Assembly (NCBI GenBank): GCA_951406725.2
Contig: OX597828.1
Coordinates: 7,998,001 to 8,062,000 of the forward strand
Reading direction: 5' to 3'
DNA length: 64,000 nucleotides
DNA from: Octopus vulgaris
Taxonomy: Eukaryota
The notes below the pieces were generated by a model. That model worked only from the letters and a program-made list of their open reading frames with translations, was not told where the DNA came from and did not search any database. A program made the position numbers and the translations under genes. How positions within the stretch are numbered: the first letter of the stretch is position 1; the number at the start of each line of letters is the position of its first letter. Below are positions 13,632 through 27,030 of the stretch, piece after piece.

Positions 13632-14270
13632 TCTATATATATAAAACTGTAGTTGTGTGAGTGTCTGTCCCCTTCGATTTAGATTCCTAACTACTCCCAC
13701 ATTTTGCGGTGCAGTTTAACCAAATTCGGGTAGCTTATAGTCGTGATTCATATCGAGCCCGTGTGATTATTAGCGCGCGTCTACGATGAGTCTACGATTT
13801 TAAAAATAATTTAACATCATTTTTTATTCCATTTTAATGCATAATTTTTCGTGTGTCGATGGCGGCGGAGTTGGCGTCCACGCTCACACCTGCACCTGTG
13901 GGGAAGGGAGTGTAAGGAAATCAACGTCGTAATGCGTTGTCAAGGAGACCAGCGTTCTTTTAGAACAACGACTTCATGGCTTGAAGACACCAAAACAGAA
14001 ATGGCTAAGAAAGCGTCTACATGAGTCTACGATTTAAAAAAAAATTTACCATCGTTTTTTTTTCCATTTTAATGCAATTTTTCGCTATTATATAAGGGAA
14101 GTAACTCTCTAAAAATGTCTACGATGAGTCAACGATTTTAAAAAAAAATTTACCATCATATTTTTTCCATTTTTAATGCATTTTTGGCTATTTTTTGGCT
14201 ATAACTCTCTAAAAATGCTTATATAGTTATTTCCCTTACAAACCCGAGCAACGCCGGGCGATACTGCTAG
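13632..14270 (+). mobile_element. Non-autonomous Helitron, complete
   Basis: A|TC 5' end, subterminal hairpin CCCGAGCAACGCCGGG at 14243-14258, CTAG|T 3' end; three internal repeats beginning TCTACGATGAGTC. Confidence 0.85.
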
Positions 14271-14769
14271 TATATATATATATGTTCTTTAGGTTTTGCT
14301 GAGTTTCCTTCTCGCATTTTTCATTCTTACAGCATTGGACAACTCGAAGCTATAGTAGATAAGACTTGCTAAGCGTGCTATAATCAGTATTGGAATTTGA
14401 AGACAAGTGGTTTCCAAGTGAAGTTTTAACAAAATACTGCCTTCGTCGCTTTACAATTAATTTTTTAAATTATTCTCTTGCACTTTTCATGTCCTTAAAC
14501 ACAGTAAAATACACATAGTGACAAATACCTACATACATAGAGACACACGGGCACGTCAACAGCTCAAAAATAAACTGACAGGCACATATATCTATTACTA
14601 ACTGAACATTTCACAATTCATTGGAGTAAATTTAAGAGTTCCCATGGTTTATTGTCGGAAGCCTGATAGTTTGGGTAGAACATCATTGTGTGTAACTGTT
14701 TATTTCCAAAACAGCATATTCCTAAAAAATTACATGTGTGGTAAGAAGCTTGCTTCCCAAGAAGCTTGT

Positions 14770-15740
14770 GGATTTATACCATCTCAATCACAGATCTTTT
14801 AATTAATTTTTTTGTTAACTAAACTGTTTGAAACTTTGAATACTGGTAGAATTTCTCACGTAGAGCACGGTTTACGCTGAACGTTTTTGACCAATTTTGT
14901 ATTTTAGAAGTTATTTCGTGTTAAAGTTGCAGTATTTGGGTAATTTCAACTAATCAACGTTGTGTATTCGATTGAAGAAAGTTACTGCTGTTTGCGATAG
15001 TAATCGAAGAGGAATAACGTCCGGATCATCTCTACTAAATGTCACCACTCTGCTCTATTCGTATGGCGAGCGAAGACGATGTCATCCTTATCCTTTCTTC
15101 CTTTCTAGTCAGCACCGTGCATTCCTTACTCTTGCCCTTCTTTCTACACTATCAATTAGCAACCAGCGAGTGAACTTGTCACTGACACTATAATTATCGT
15201 ATTTTCCGGTGTATAAGCCGCTATTTGTTTTGTTTTGCCTTCATGTTTTGATAATGTTTTTTTTGTTTATTTGATTAAGACTTTTGTATTGACGAAATGT
15301 GTTTGTTGTTGATTCTAGTAAGATAAAATCATGACAATAACCATACATCTCGTTGTTGCAAAATAAGGCATTTTGAAACTACATACACGTCAACAACAAA
15401 AACTCATTGCTCTATAGTTTTTGGAACAGTGAGATGACATTTAGTAGAGATGATCCGGATGTTATTTCTCTTCGATTACTATCGTAAACAACAGTAGCTT
15501 TCTTCAACTGAATACACGTCGTTGATTGGTTGAAATTACCCAAATACAACAACTTTAACACGAAATGACTTCTAAAATACGAAATTTTGTATAAAACGTT
15601 CAGAGTAAACACGGTTTTGTCAAAAACGTTCAGGGTAAACCGTGTTCTACGGGAGAATTTCTACCAGTATTCGAAGTTTGAAACAGTTTACTTAAAAAAA
15701 AAATTAATTAAAATATCTGTGATTGAGATGGAATAGATCC
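14770..15740. mobile_element. Fold-back/MITE DNA transposon with ~280-310 bp terminal inverted repeats, inserted in a SINE A head
   Basis: GGATTTATACCATCTCAATCACAGAT matches the reverse complement of ATCTGTGATTGAGATGGAATAGATCC; arms about 14770-15050 and 15428-15740; flanks AAGCTTGT and AAGCTTGC. Confidence 0.85.
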
Positions 15741-15878
15741 AAGCTTGCTTCCCAACCCGGATTGAATACTACTGCGATAGCCACAGGTCGACCAAAGCCG
15801 CGTGAGTGGATTTGGTAGAAGGAAACGGAAAGAAGTCCATCGAATACACACACATACATGCACATACACATACACACG

Positions 15879-15934
<56 letters not shown>

Positions 15935-16140
15935 TATGATTATAATGTGTGCGTGTCTTTTTGCTTGTGTTTGTAACCCCATCACCACTTGACAATTTAG
16001 CAGATCGGCAAAAGAGACCGATAAAATAAGTACTAGGCTTAAGAAAGAAGTCCTGGTATCGATTTCTTCGACTAAAGAAACCCATCAAGGCGGTCCTCCG
16101 GCATAGCCACAGTCAAATGACTGAAACAAGTAAAAGAAGG
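15741..16140 (+). mobile_element. SINE family A remainder (head at ~14736-14769, split by the fold-back element)
   Basis: GTGAGTGGATTTGGTAG, GAGACCGATAAAATAAGTACTAGG and tail CAGTCAAATGACTGAAACAAGTAAAAGA. Confidence 0.8.
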
Positions 16141-16269
16141 AAATGAATATGTATATATACATAAGTGTGTGTGTATCTATATATATGTATATATATATAA
16201 ATATTCAATGTATAATTTAAGTATACATATATGCATTTACCGAGTCTCCCAACTGTCTTTTAGTTGATT

Positions 16270-17310
16270 TCTGCTTATACGACAGTATAATGTCGTATAT
16301 AAATGCTAGGAATTAACGCCACGTTTCAACCACGCTAGGGTTTACATTGGCAGCACTTTTGGATTCAAGCGCCGATACTATACTCACAACAATTCGTTTT
16401 TGGAATCGTGGCACTAGACTTTCTACCTCCCTTACACAACCTCAAATTCCGAAATATTCCTTATATCCTATCCTGGTCTATAGTTTGTGTAGCTTCTCCC
16501 TACAATACTAACCCCGTCTTTGTAAATTGTGTTCAAGTGAGTCGCTCGCTATCCTCTCCCACCATGACTCCTCATTACTAAATACATTCTTTGAACAAAT
16601 CTATTCAAGTAAGCAAAAATTTATTCTTCTTTTGCCAATTACGCAAAGTCTCTATAATTCCGTCCAATTACGATGAAGCCCCGACCTACCACTTAGTTGC
16701 ATTCTTTCTCTTTTTCTTTACCTTTCTCTCTCTCTCTTTCTCCTTATCTCAGCATATCTTTCTCCTTGAATACCCTTCTTGCCACGTCCTGTTTTAATCT
16801 ATAACCAGATCCTATCCCTCATTGTTTCAAAGTCTGCTTTTCTCTATTCTCCTCGTGCCTTTCCCTCATCTTAGAAGCCTCTCCTCCGATACCGTTCCTT
16901 TATTTTATTCCTTGTTCCCTATCTTTCTTTACAGCCAGCAACCCTCTTATTGATTTAATGTATATAAGTGACGCACCCGGCTACCATTAATGCTGTCTTT
17001 CACAATACCGAATTATCGTACCCCTCTGCCTCCTCATTCAATCTCACCTTTTCTACTTCCATTCACACTCCAGTTACTGACTTCCCCGTCTTGTATTTCT
17101 TTTTGCTCTCCCTCTACTTCTCTTCCTTTACCTGCTATTTACTCTTTTCTTCCTCTCCTTTCCAACCTTTAAATCTCTCGCATGACGATGTGAAATACTA
17201 TTTGCCACTGTTTCTTCTTATGAAGGAAGCTGCTCTGACGGTAATGTCTATATGCAACTGGTTGCATATCCTCGACTGTTCAGACAATCTATTTACTAAT
17301 AACTAATTGA
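16270..17310 (+). mobile_element. Possible old Penelope-like element fragment
   Basis: Pyrimidine-rich decayed sequence with a weak LN..LFFFC..RK-like remnant near 16591-16650; weak pattern recognition only. Confidence 0.3.
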
Positions 17311-17478
17311 ACATTTGCTTATTGAACATTACGCAGTCCCGAGGCTCCAGAAAAAGCTGTCGAGTTAAAAAGTATATCCACTCACTCCTTAGTATTCTTT
17401 ATTTGTTATGCTTCCTGTAAATGTAAATTTGTTTATACACACATACATACATACATACATATATATATATACAGATAA

Positions 17479-17533
<55 letters not shown>

Positions 17534-17857
17534 TATATGTATGTAGGTATCTGTATAGAGTAGTAAATTTTTACAAATTTCACTACCAGTGGCCTAGCAT
17601 GTATGAAAAGTCAATAGATGTCATTATTATTCAATATAAAATAGTGTACATTTAAACACAAAGAGAAATTTCCTATAACAGGCAATTTCTACACGCTAGG
17701 AGACAGTCAAAACGACCGCAAAACTACAAAATTTAAGCAATTTCAAAGGGAATGAAAAAATAAAAACTTTTACCTTGTAGGTTACCTATAGGTTTTGGAT
17801 ATTTTTAGTAAATAAAATAATTTAAATTTAATATGTACGCTATTTCATATACATACA

Positions 17858-17893
<36 letters not shown>

Positions 17894-18215
17894 TACATAT
17901 ATACATATATATATGCTTGGGCACATGTGTTTATCTCCTGAGCAAATTTAGCTATTTTTATCTGTACGCTTCTCTATATATACATGCGTATCTATATCTG
18001 TATATATATATATATCTATTTTTATATATATCAAGCCTAATCCTGTTCATCTCCATTGCCCGTCCAACTCAGTTCACCAAGATTTCTCATATAGCAGCTC
18101 CTTACCCTGTGAACCAAGCCCTATTTAAAGACTTCGGAGTATAAGTTCAAATCACTTCAGCACTACGTACATACATACAAACACACACATACATACATGC
18201 ATGCATATATACATA

Positions 18216-19272
18216 CAGTCGTCTTCAAAATTATACCCTTGTTAATTTTTGCGATGAAATAAATGCATTTTGTCAAGTTTGAATATGAGTTTTGTGACCA
18301 ACAAGTGAAAGAATGACAACAATACACAATTCCAGAAATTCTTCATTTCATGGGTATTTTATTCATGGATTTCAAAAAATCCCCTGCTCAAAATTATTCA
18401 TACCCTAGGTTTACTGAGTACAATAGCATAGCCTTTGTTTTACATGACTGCTTCTTGACGATTCCTGTACATATTCACAAGCTTCCTGCATGTCTCCTGT
18501 TGGATGTTTACCCACTTTTTCTTCACGAAAGCCTCGATCTGGGTCAGCTTGATCGGTTTTCTAGCCATCAATTTGGTTATCAAGTCTTGCCACGACTTAT
18601 CGATCGGATTCAGGTCTGGAATCTGACTTGGCCATTCTAGGACGTTGACATCATTGTTCTTAAACCATTTCTTCACTAACTTGGTGGTATGTTTCGCATC
18701 ATTGTCCTCCTGGTACTTCCAGTTGTGGCCTAATTGGAGTTTTTCAGCAGATTCTTTCTCATTTCCATCAAGGATACTTTCTCATGATTCCTTGGATTTT
18801 GACCAGGTTCCATTTCCCTCTGGAAGAGAAGCATCCCCATTATATTATGTTTCCGTTACCATGCTTGACGGTGGGCACAGTGTTCTTCGAGTTGAATGCT
18901 TCTCCTTTCTTTCTCCAGACGTATTCAGCATCCATATGGTCAACTTCGTCTACACAGTCCACAGGATGGTTGACCAAATGCTGTGATCTTGCTTCAGATG
19001 ACCTGTAGCAAATGCCAGGTGAGCCTCCAGATGTTTCTTCTTGTGCAGTGTCGTCTTACAAGGCCTACATCCATGGAGATCTTCTCTGTGCCAAACTCGC
19101 TCAGTGGATGACCGTGATACCTTCGACCCTGCCTGGTCAAGCGTTTCAATTAGTTGTTGACCTCTCGCCTAGGGTATGAATAGTTTTGAGCATAGAATTT
19201 TTCGAAAATCCATGAATAAAATACAAAATAATTATGAGGACAAAATTAACAGAATAATCATGAGGACGACTG
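18216..19272 (-). mobile_element. Tc1-family transposon with IR/DR ends, internally deleted
   Basis: TA|CAGTCGTC ... GACGACTG|TA; minus-strand peptide KWFKNNDVNVLEWPSQIPDLNPI; inner inverted repeats at ~18385-18409 and ~19168-19191. Confidence 0.9.
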
Positions 19273-20744
19273 TACATACATACAGAATTTTTCGGCCACT
19301 TGAACGTTAACTTCACGAGCTAGCTGTCTATTCATCGGATCACCAGGCTCCCTTTTCGTCGTAACCGACGGAGTACCCCGTTTTTGAATAATGGAATGTA
19401 CTATCTATGCTAATGTTAAATATATGTATAAATAATGTGTATGTATGTACTATGCATTTAACTTTAAATATAAGTATGTTTGCGCTTTTGTGTTAAAAAC
19501 AATGTGTAGAGTTTTCATCTTCCCTTCACCCGTATGAACCTCAATTACTGTGCAAGACATAATCTTCTGAATTTAAGCTGTGAAGTTCGGTAACATATAC
19601 TGAAATTAATAAATAAATAGATAAGAACCAGATTTTAAAAATTTCTCTTCTATCTGATTTCGTCTTACATGACACCCTTGTGGCACTAAACGTCTTCATA
19701 AATAATATTTTACATTTTTAAACCTCACATTCAGACCCAAACAGATAATATAATGAAACTTCAAGAAATTAATAACCTATGCAAGATAAAAGAAGAAATA
19801 TATATTACGACACATCAGACACGGTGTGTTGCCTTGAAAAACCTTCTTAGGTTAAAAAATTTATTATATTTCCATTGATTTTTATTAGTTTTAATTGTTT
19901 GTTGTTCGATGTATAATGTTTGGTTGTTATATTCTGAAGATGCTTATTTAAGCTATATTTTCCTTAGTAGCATCAAACAGATCTTCAAAGATTCATATTA
20001 CACGCCTATGTGACGTCATTTCCTTTTGTGCTTGGTTATTTATTATTGCTTTGATTTGATTCGTTTTATACATACGGCCATAATTATAAAGTTGTTTGTG
20101 TGTCAGTGTAAATGTCTGTACACATACATACAGAGATACTCGCACATATACAGACACATACGAAAGTTCTCGTATATATATATGTATATATGTATATGTA
20201 TATATATGTCTATATATAAATATATACATATATATATATAAACATATATGTGCACATATACACACATATATATTCATGCATGTACATTATCTTTCTGTAT
20301 ATATCTGTATATTATGTTATATATATATACACCCATACGTATATTGCTCCTTGTGTCCGCTCCAGATATATAAACACGCTGATAGTTGTGTCTCCGTTTA
20401 TTCATCCACCCATCTTGACTTTCTCATATGAAACGCATTATCCCCAGTTTTCCACTGTTTTCTCCTCTGCTCCCTTTGACACTATGTGTGTATCCACGTT
20501 GTTTTTAAGCTTACTTTTTTCTGATTTAAAAAGTTTGACTTCGTACACTATTCCACTATTTATTTCCCGGTGTTTCTGTTTTGTATCTAGTGAAAGACTG
20601 ACGTCCGAAACGTTGTAATACTATTTTCTACTTCACAAGGTTAACATACATACATACATACAGACAGATAGACATACATACATAGAGACAGACAGACAGA
20701 CAGACACATAGAAAGGTAGACAGACAAACACATACACAGACTGT

Positions 20745-20811
<67 letters not shown>

Positions 20812-21772
20812 AAACTACTTTTTCAAATTTTCGTCAATGGAAAAAAAATATGACTACGAATCTATGTAAGAACTCTGACATTATTTAGTGAAAAGGAGAA
20901 TATTTTCCCCAGTTTGGATTCTAACAGAGAATACTTCTCTAATTCCATGCAAAAATCAAGTGCTGGTGTTTTTAAAACGAGTTACATGTGATCTTTAAAA
21001 TAAGGAATATTTTTAGTTACCAAATTTTAATTCCACTTTTGGGGTTGACCCGAGCCTTATGTAGCACTTTTTGCCTAAGATGCTGCGCAGTCGGTTCGAA
21101 CATAAAAGGCAGTTCTTGAACAGACACATAGTCTAAGACAATGCTAAGCATTTCATATAGTGGTTAGAAGAATACCACGTAAACAACACTTTAATGTAGA
21201 ACGAGAACAACTGAAATTAAGGAACCACAAAGCTAACGCGGTCATGTTAACAACTGATATATATATGTGGGGACATTTTTGACCCAGGATCATTTTTGCC
21301 CTTTCTTTTTGAACTGGATTTTCTAATGCCTTATATCACAGAGATGTTCACACTAAAATACACATACGAATAGGAGCCAAATAATACACCAATCCGTTTC
21401 AATCTTCTAGTGCAGCTTCCCAAATTTTCTTCCAAAACGTGCCCCAAAATAGTTGGGTTTTTACTTCCACCTACTAAATTCTACCCTTAAGGGTAATAGT
21501 TGTAATTTCATTTAAAATAAATGCAAACAGTTTTATTACATGATTTACAATAGGGCATTTTTATTAATAAAAAACATGAAAGGAATAATTATGATAGCAC
21601 ATTTATATATAAACACACATGGATATATATGTGTGTGATATACAAAACATACATTCACATACACATATTATTCCATATACTTACACTCACACACACACAC
21701 GTTTGTATATATGTGTATGTGTGTGTTTGTTTATGTGCGCGTGTGTACGTGTGTGTGTGTGTGTGTTTCTGA

Positions 21773-21823
<51 letters not shown>

Positions 21824-22238
21824 TATATATATATGTATATACATATATGTTTATATATGCATACATTCAGTAGAAAAACATTATCCTAGGGATAAAGAAT
21901 GAAAACAACAATGTGTATCACAGAAGTTCTGCGTTAATAAGTCTTGGTAGAATTGTAAGCAACTTGCTCTAAGTGCAGAGCCTGATCATAAGACCTCTAT
22001 ATTGTTTGACGATCATGATCAGTTGCCTTTGTTGTTACGGAATTGTCAAGCAATCTACTGCCACTTCAGTACGTCAACTTTACGTCAAATTTCGTAAGAG
22101 TAATGAAGAATAAGTGGCCTTATGTAAGAATAAATCTATCCCCCTCACATATTGATTTGTATACATACTTATATCTTTACGACGGGCAACGCATTTTATA
22201 ACGAAGACCATATTTTTTCAAGCAATTTTGCAGTCATC

Positions 22239-22450
22239 AAAGGCGGCGGGCTGGCAGAACTGTAAGCACGCAAGACAAAATGCTTAGCGGCAATTCGTCA
22301 ATCTTTACGTTATGAGTTCAAATTCCGCCGTATTCGACTTTGTCTTTCGTCTTTTGGAGGTCGATAAAATTAGTACCAGCAGAGTATTGAGGTTTATGTA
22401 ATCGATTAACTTCGTCCTGCAAAACTTCAGGCCTTGTGTTTATAGTAGAC
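22239..22450 (+). mobile_element. SINE family B copy
   Basis: AAGGCGGCGGGCTGGCAGAA..GAGTTCAAATTCCGCC..GGTCGATAAAATTAGTACCAG. Confidence 0.8.
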
Positions 22451-22520
22451 AGTAAAATTTCAAACATCAACAAAGAAATTCAACGATGATAATAAAATAC
22501 AAATGCTGAAAGTTTATATT

Positions 22521-22667
22521 GGTGTGGATGTGTGGTAAGAAGCTTGCTTCCGAAACACATGGTTCCAGGTTCAGTCTCACTGCGTTGTACCTTGAGCAAG
22601 TGTCTTGTACTATAATCTCGGGCACGGATTTGTGCATGGATTTGGTAGACGGAAACTTAAAGAAACC

Positions 22668-22727
<60 letters not shown>

Positions 22728-22945
22728 TTGTGTGTTTATGTCTGTCACACCCTCACTATCGCTTGATAACCGATGTCGGTGTGTTTGTCCCCGTAAATCA
22801 GCGGTTCGGCAAAAAAGACCGATAGAATAAGCACTAGGTTTACAAGGAATAAGTCTTGAGATCGATTTGTTTGACTAAAACTACTTAAGGTGGGACTCCA
22901 GCATGACCGAAGTCAGTGGACAGATACAAATAAAAGAATTGAAGA
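22521..22945 (+). mobile_element. SINE family A copy, diverged
   Basis: Head GTGTGGTAAGAAGCTTGCTTCC, internal (TA)n, tail CTCCAGCATGACCG. Confidence 0.8.
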
Positions 22946-23302
22946 ATATATCTCAAGACGTTAATTATTGTTGGTGTTGTTGATATTTTCGTAGGGAGAC
23001 CGAGAATGGTGGCAAGGAAGATAGAAAGAAACGTGGTGTAGGGTAATGTAGAGAGAGAAGCAGTGCACGAGGATAGTGCAGACGAGAGCCCTGATTCAAA
23101 TGCTTGCAGTTACATACACTGTGCTAAAGATATCCAAGGACAAAATGGTAATATAACGTAAACCGGATGATGGATTATATCTGCCGCGTAAACCAACAAC
23201 ATCTATGTGGTTGCTCAAACTGCTAGAATTAGCAGCCAATTTAGCCCTAACACCTTACCGTTCTAGAACGAGCGTCATATTTTGAATAATGTAGTCCTAG
23301 AT

Positions 23303-23462
23303 CCGTCCGTTTTTACGTTCTGAGTTCAAATTCCGCCGAGGTCCACTTTATCTTAAATCGTTTCAGGGTCGATAACATAAGTACCAATTGAACACTGGGA
23401 TCGATGTCCTCGGCTTACACCTCTTCCGAAACTGCTGGGTTTGTGTCAAAATTCGAAATCAG
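23303..23462 (+). mobile_element. 5'-truncated SINE B with 13-bp TSD
   Basis: TGTAGTCCTAGAT at 23290-23302 and TGTAGTCCCAGAT at 23463-23475. Confidence 0.75.
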
Positions 23463-24231
23463 TGTAGTCCCAGATACATTCTCTAAAGACACATACGTTT
23501 ATATATGGGGAGGAAACATTCCATAATTACTCTGAATTAAAACAGTACAAAGACGGTATGTACACGACTGGAAAAACCTTGGCTATAGCTCTAATGATGG
23601 AAAATTAAGTAAATTAGGTAAAATTACTAAGCCACATAAACTAAGACTGCATTCTTTACCACAAGCTTGCAAGTTTGACAAAAAGAACAATAAATCAAGA
23701 GTATTACGTAACTCTATGAAGGCGCGAGTTCATCCATTTCTGAAAAGCTTTGCTAAAATATATGAATTAAACTGGTTTCAGATATGGATCGAATAGGAAT
23801 CACGTAATAGTCAATAGGAAACTTCTTGCCTTTTTGCCGTAAGCATTACGTGATGTTACGCATAAATCGGATAATAAACGCTCGATTTAATTAAAATATA
23901 ATAAACACTAGAAAAGATATAATCCTCTCAGTAAAATTCAGAAGAGCTTATATTCCATTACTCTATTGTTTGCTTCAAAAACTAGCCAAACTTTTAACAA
24001 AACCTGCGCACTAGATTCCGCGCTGTATTGTATTACAATGAGGAAAAGAATTTTTTTTGTTTTTGTTTTGTTTTGCAAAATCGTTCTTCTCATGCGTAAT
24101 ACAAGTGGACGTTGAGGACCCTCTCATACTCAACTCGATTATTTACATTTGAATTAGCATACGTTTATTGCCGCCTTCTACACAATAGTAAAACCCTATG
24201 GATATATATATATATATATATACATACACGT

Positions 24232-24269
<38 letters not shown>

Positions 24270-24305
24270 TCTCTCTATATTAATATATAATAAATTAATT
24301 TATTA

Positions 24306-24375
<70 letters not shown>

Positions 24376-24942
24376 CGCGTATATATATATGTATATATGT
24401 ACATATATATATTTATACATATATATGCATATATATGTGTATATGCACACACATATATATATATACTCACAGAAAAACAACACACGCTTGGATATATAAA
24501 TGCATGTGTATATAATGTATGCAAGTCTATGTACAAGTATATTTACACTCACATACAAATGTATATATGTCGATAGGTTACCTTTGAGCACAAGAATATT
24601 GAACGTTGTCTGAAGGGAGCTAACATTAGAAAAACATCAGCTATGAATGCATGGGTTTAGTAATTTAGGTGTAGTAATTTCGGATTGGTGGAGAGAAGAC
24701 AGCTTGACAGGAATTCAGAGACTGCAACAAAGGTGGAGGGTGGTTTATTTGTAAATGGGGTGTAAGACAACAGCAATGTCTAGTTATCTCATTTACATAT
24801 GCAAACACAGAAACACATAAAGACAGCCCAGTACGGACACAAACATTTAATACGTAAGTATAAGAATGTCATTGCATATGGTTAGATTTGATTAAATGAT
24901 TACGTAAGAATTCACAATTTATGTATACATTAGCAAATTCGT

Positions 24943-25256
24943 GTGGAGGCGCAATGGCCCAGTGGTTAGGGCAGCGGACTTGCGGTCGGAGGATCGCGGT
25001 TTCGGCTCCCAGACCAGGCGTTGTGTGTGTTTATTGAGCGATAACACCTAGAAGCTCCACGAGGCTCCGACAGGGGCTGGTGGCGACCCCTGCTTTACTC
25101 TTTCGCCCCAACTTTCTCTCACTCTCTCTTCCTGTTTCTTGAGTAACGCTGCGATGGACTGGCGTCCCATCCAGCTGCGGGGAACACATACGCCACGGAA
25201 TTCGGGAAACCGGGCCCAGGAGCCTGTCTAGGCATGAAAAGGGCGCATAAATAAAA
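24943..25256 (+). mobile_element. SINE family D with perfect 12-bp TSD
   Basis: TGGCCCAGTGGTTAGGGCAGCGG tRNA-like head; TAGCAAATTCGT at 24931-24942 and 25257-25268. Confidence 0.9.
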
Positions 25257-25344
25257 TAGCAAATTCGTAGTCACATGGTTATATACACATTAAAACGCAT
25301 ACAGATTATACGCTGTCCCATACACACACGCGCACACATATGTC

Positions 25345-25672
25345 TTATCTTCTATGCATTTCAGTCATAAGACTGCGGCCATGGTGGGGCACGGTCTTAA
25401 AACATTTTATTGAATGAGTTGAGCTTAGTATTATATTTTTAAAGTCTGGTATATATTCGATAGTTTTTTTTTTCGGGGACGTAAACACGCCAATACCGTT
25501 TGTGGAGCGTTGACGATGGTTGGGAACAATCATAGCCACCCCTACGATCGAGCATATGACGAACTTTTATTCACCTTCCGTACCAAATCTACTCACAAGA
25601 ATCTATTCAGCACGAGGCCGTAGCAGATGAAACTTGCCCAAGGTGCCACGCAGTTGAAAAGAATCCGGTACC
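25345..25672 (-). mobile_element. SINE family A copy, diverged
   Basis: TTTCAGTCATAAGACTGCGGCCATGG (tail) and ACTTGCCCAAGGTGCCACGCAGT (body) on the reverse strand. Confidence 0.7.
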
Positions 25673-25939
25673 ATATATACATACATAATACACACACACG
25701 CACACACACACATACACACACACATACACACAATGCGACGGGCTGCTTCATAAATAGTTTTCGTGAACAGAGTTAATAAGATAGAACTTACAATATGTAT
25801 TTATTGTTTGACGTATTCTGTCTCTCTGTATCGCTGTTGTGATTTTCTCACAAAGCGGGGTTTTCTTTGTATCGTTAAGAAATACGCTCACAAGGTATTT
25901 CGTCACTCGTATTCCAGAGCAGTCATCTGAAAAAGTCTT

Positions 25940-26200
25940 CATAGAAATTTGTTAATTTACTAAATAGAGAAGACACAAATCGTGAAGGATCTACCAAAAA
26001 TATTTCGATCCTAAATTTACACGGAGATAATGGAAGTGACATAAGACAAATTTATCGTGTTATAATAATCATGGCTAAGACCAGACTTGTAGCAGACCTG
26101 AAGGACGTACAACAACTATCTTAGCCTTAATACCTAAAACTTACGGAAGAGCTAAAAGAGATAAAGGGGATGTCCACCTCCTCAGAGAAATACACATATA
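25940..26200 (+). mobile_element. Second fragment of the HERO/NeSL-like retroelement
   Basis: 26059-26200 aligns to 27272-27395 (GTTATAATAATCATGGCTAAG..ATACCTAAAACT.ACGGAAGAGCTAAAAGA). Confidence 0.65.
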
Positions 26201-26301
26201 CAGCTATAATTGTATGCATGTGCATCTATGTATGACTGAATTTGTATGTAAATATAATATATATGACAAATTTATGGTGGAACTTTCGCCTCATTCTTCT
26301 T

Positions 26302-26339
<38 letters not shown>

Positions 26340-26605
26340 CACACATATAACACACACACGCACACTCACATATATACACACACATATACATACATATATA
26401 TTAGCCACTACATTCTTTATTTTCTCTCCTTGTTTCTTTCTCTGTTCCTTTGTGTGGAAGATTGTAGGCTTGAAACGTTAAAGACCTTTTCACTTCCCGA
26501 GCGTTATACTAATACATATGTTTGTTGTCTACACTACCTGTCTTGGTCTCTTTTTTTATTTTAATTCTCCCCATATATATATATATATATCTATACACAC
26601 ACATA

Positions 26606-27030
26606 ATAATGTTCGTCCTTCGGTTCGAAGATGACCAACTGACATCATCTGATGGAACTGCCGCCATGAGACCGGAGGTGGCTGGTGAGGCCAATCCGGG
26701 CAAGGAAGCCCCTCCCACAGGTGGGGCAGAAGTGGGTAGGGGCAGTGCTACTGGTGCAGGCGGCTCTGACTTTACGCATCTGACGTTTCTGCTCCGCTGA
26801 CCGAATCCGTCCCTCCTCGGCTGTCCCTGCTCCCACGGTGATTGCGCTGCGCCAGGATGAGCGGTTGGCAGCAAGTGTCTCCCAGGTCTCTGTTCCGATG
26901 GAGAAGTCTTTGAGAGAGACCTTGAGACTATCCTTGTAGCGCTTTTTCTGCCCTCCGACTTTGCGCCTGCCCTGGTCGAGTTCACCGTAGAAGAGCTGTT
27001 TTGGGATGCGAGTGTTTTGGGATGCGAGTG
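26606..27030 (-). mobile_element. RTE-clade LINE 3' end, 5'-truncated, with C2H2-like finger
   Basis: RIPKQLFYGEL..GGQKKRYKDSLK..WETLAANRSSWR..CPTCGRGF..GLTSHLRSH; TACACACACATA on both flanks. Confidence 0.92.

Noticed and set aside
24943-25020. tRNA gene candidates (also at 10574, 37169, 47197 and 55431)
   Set aside because: The tRNA-like heads continue into shared SINE bodies, several with TSDs, and lack a clean cloverleaf and terminator
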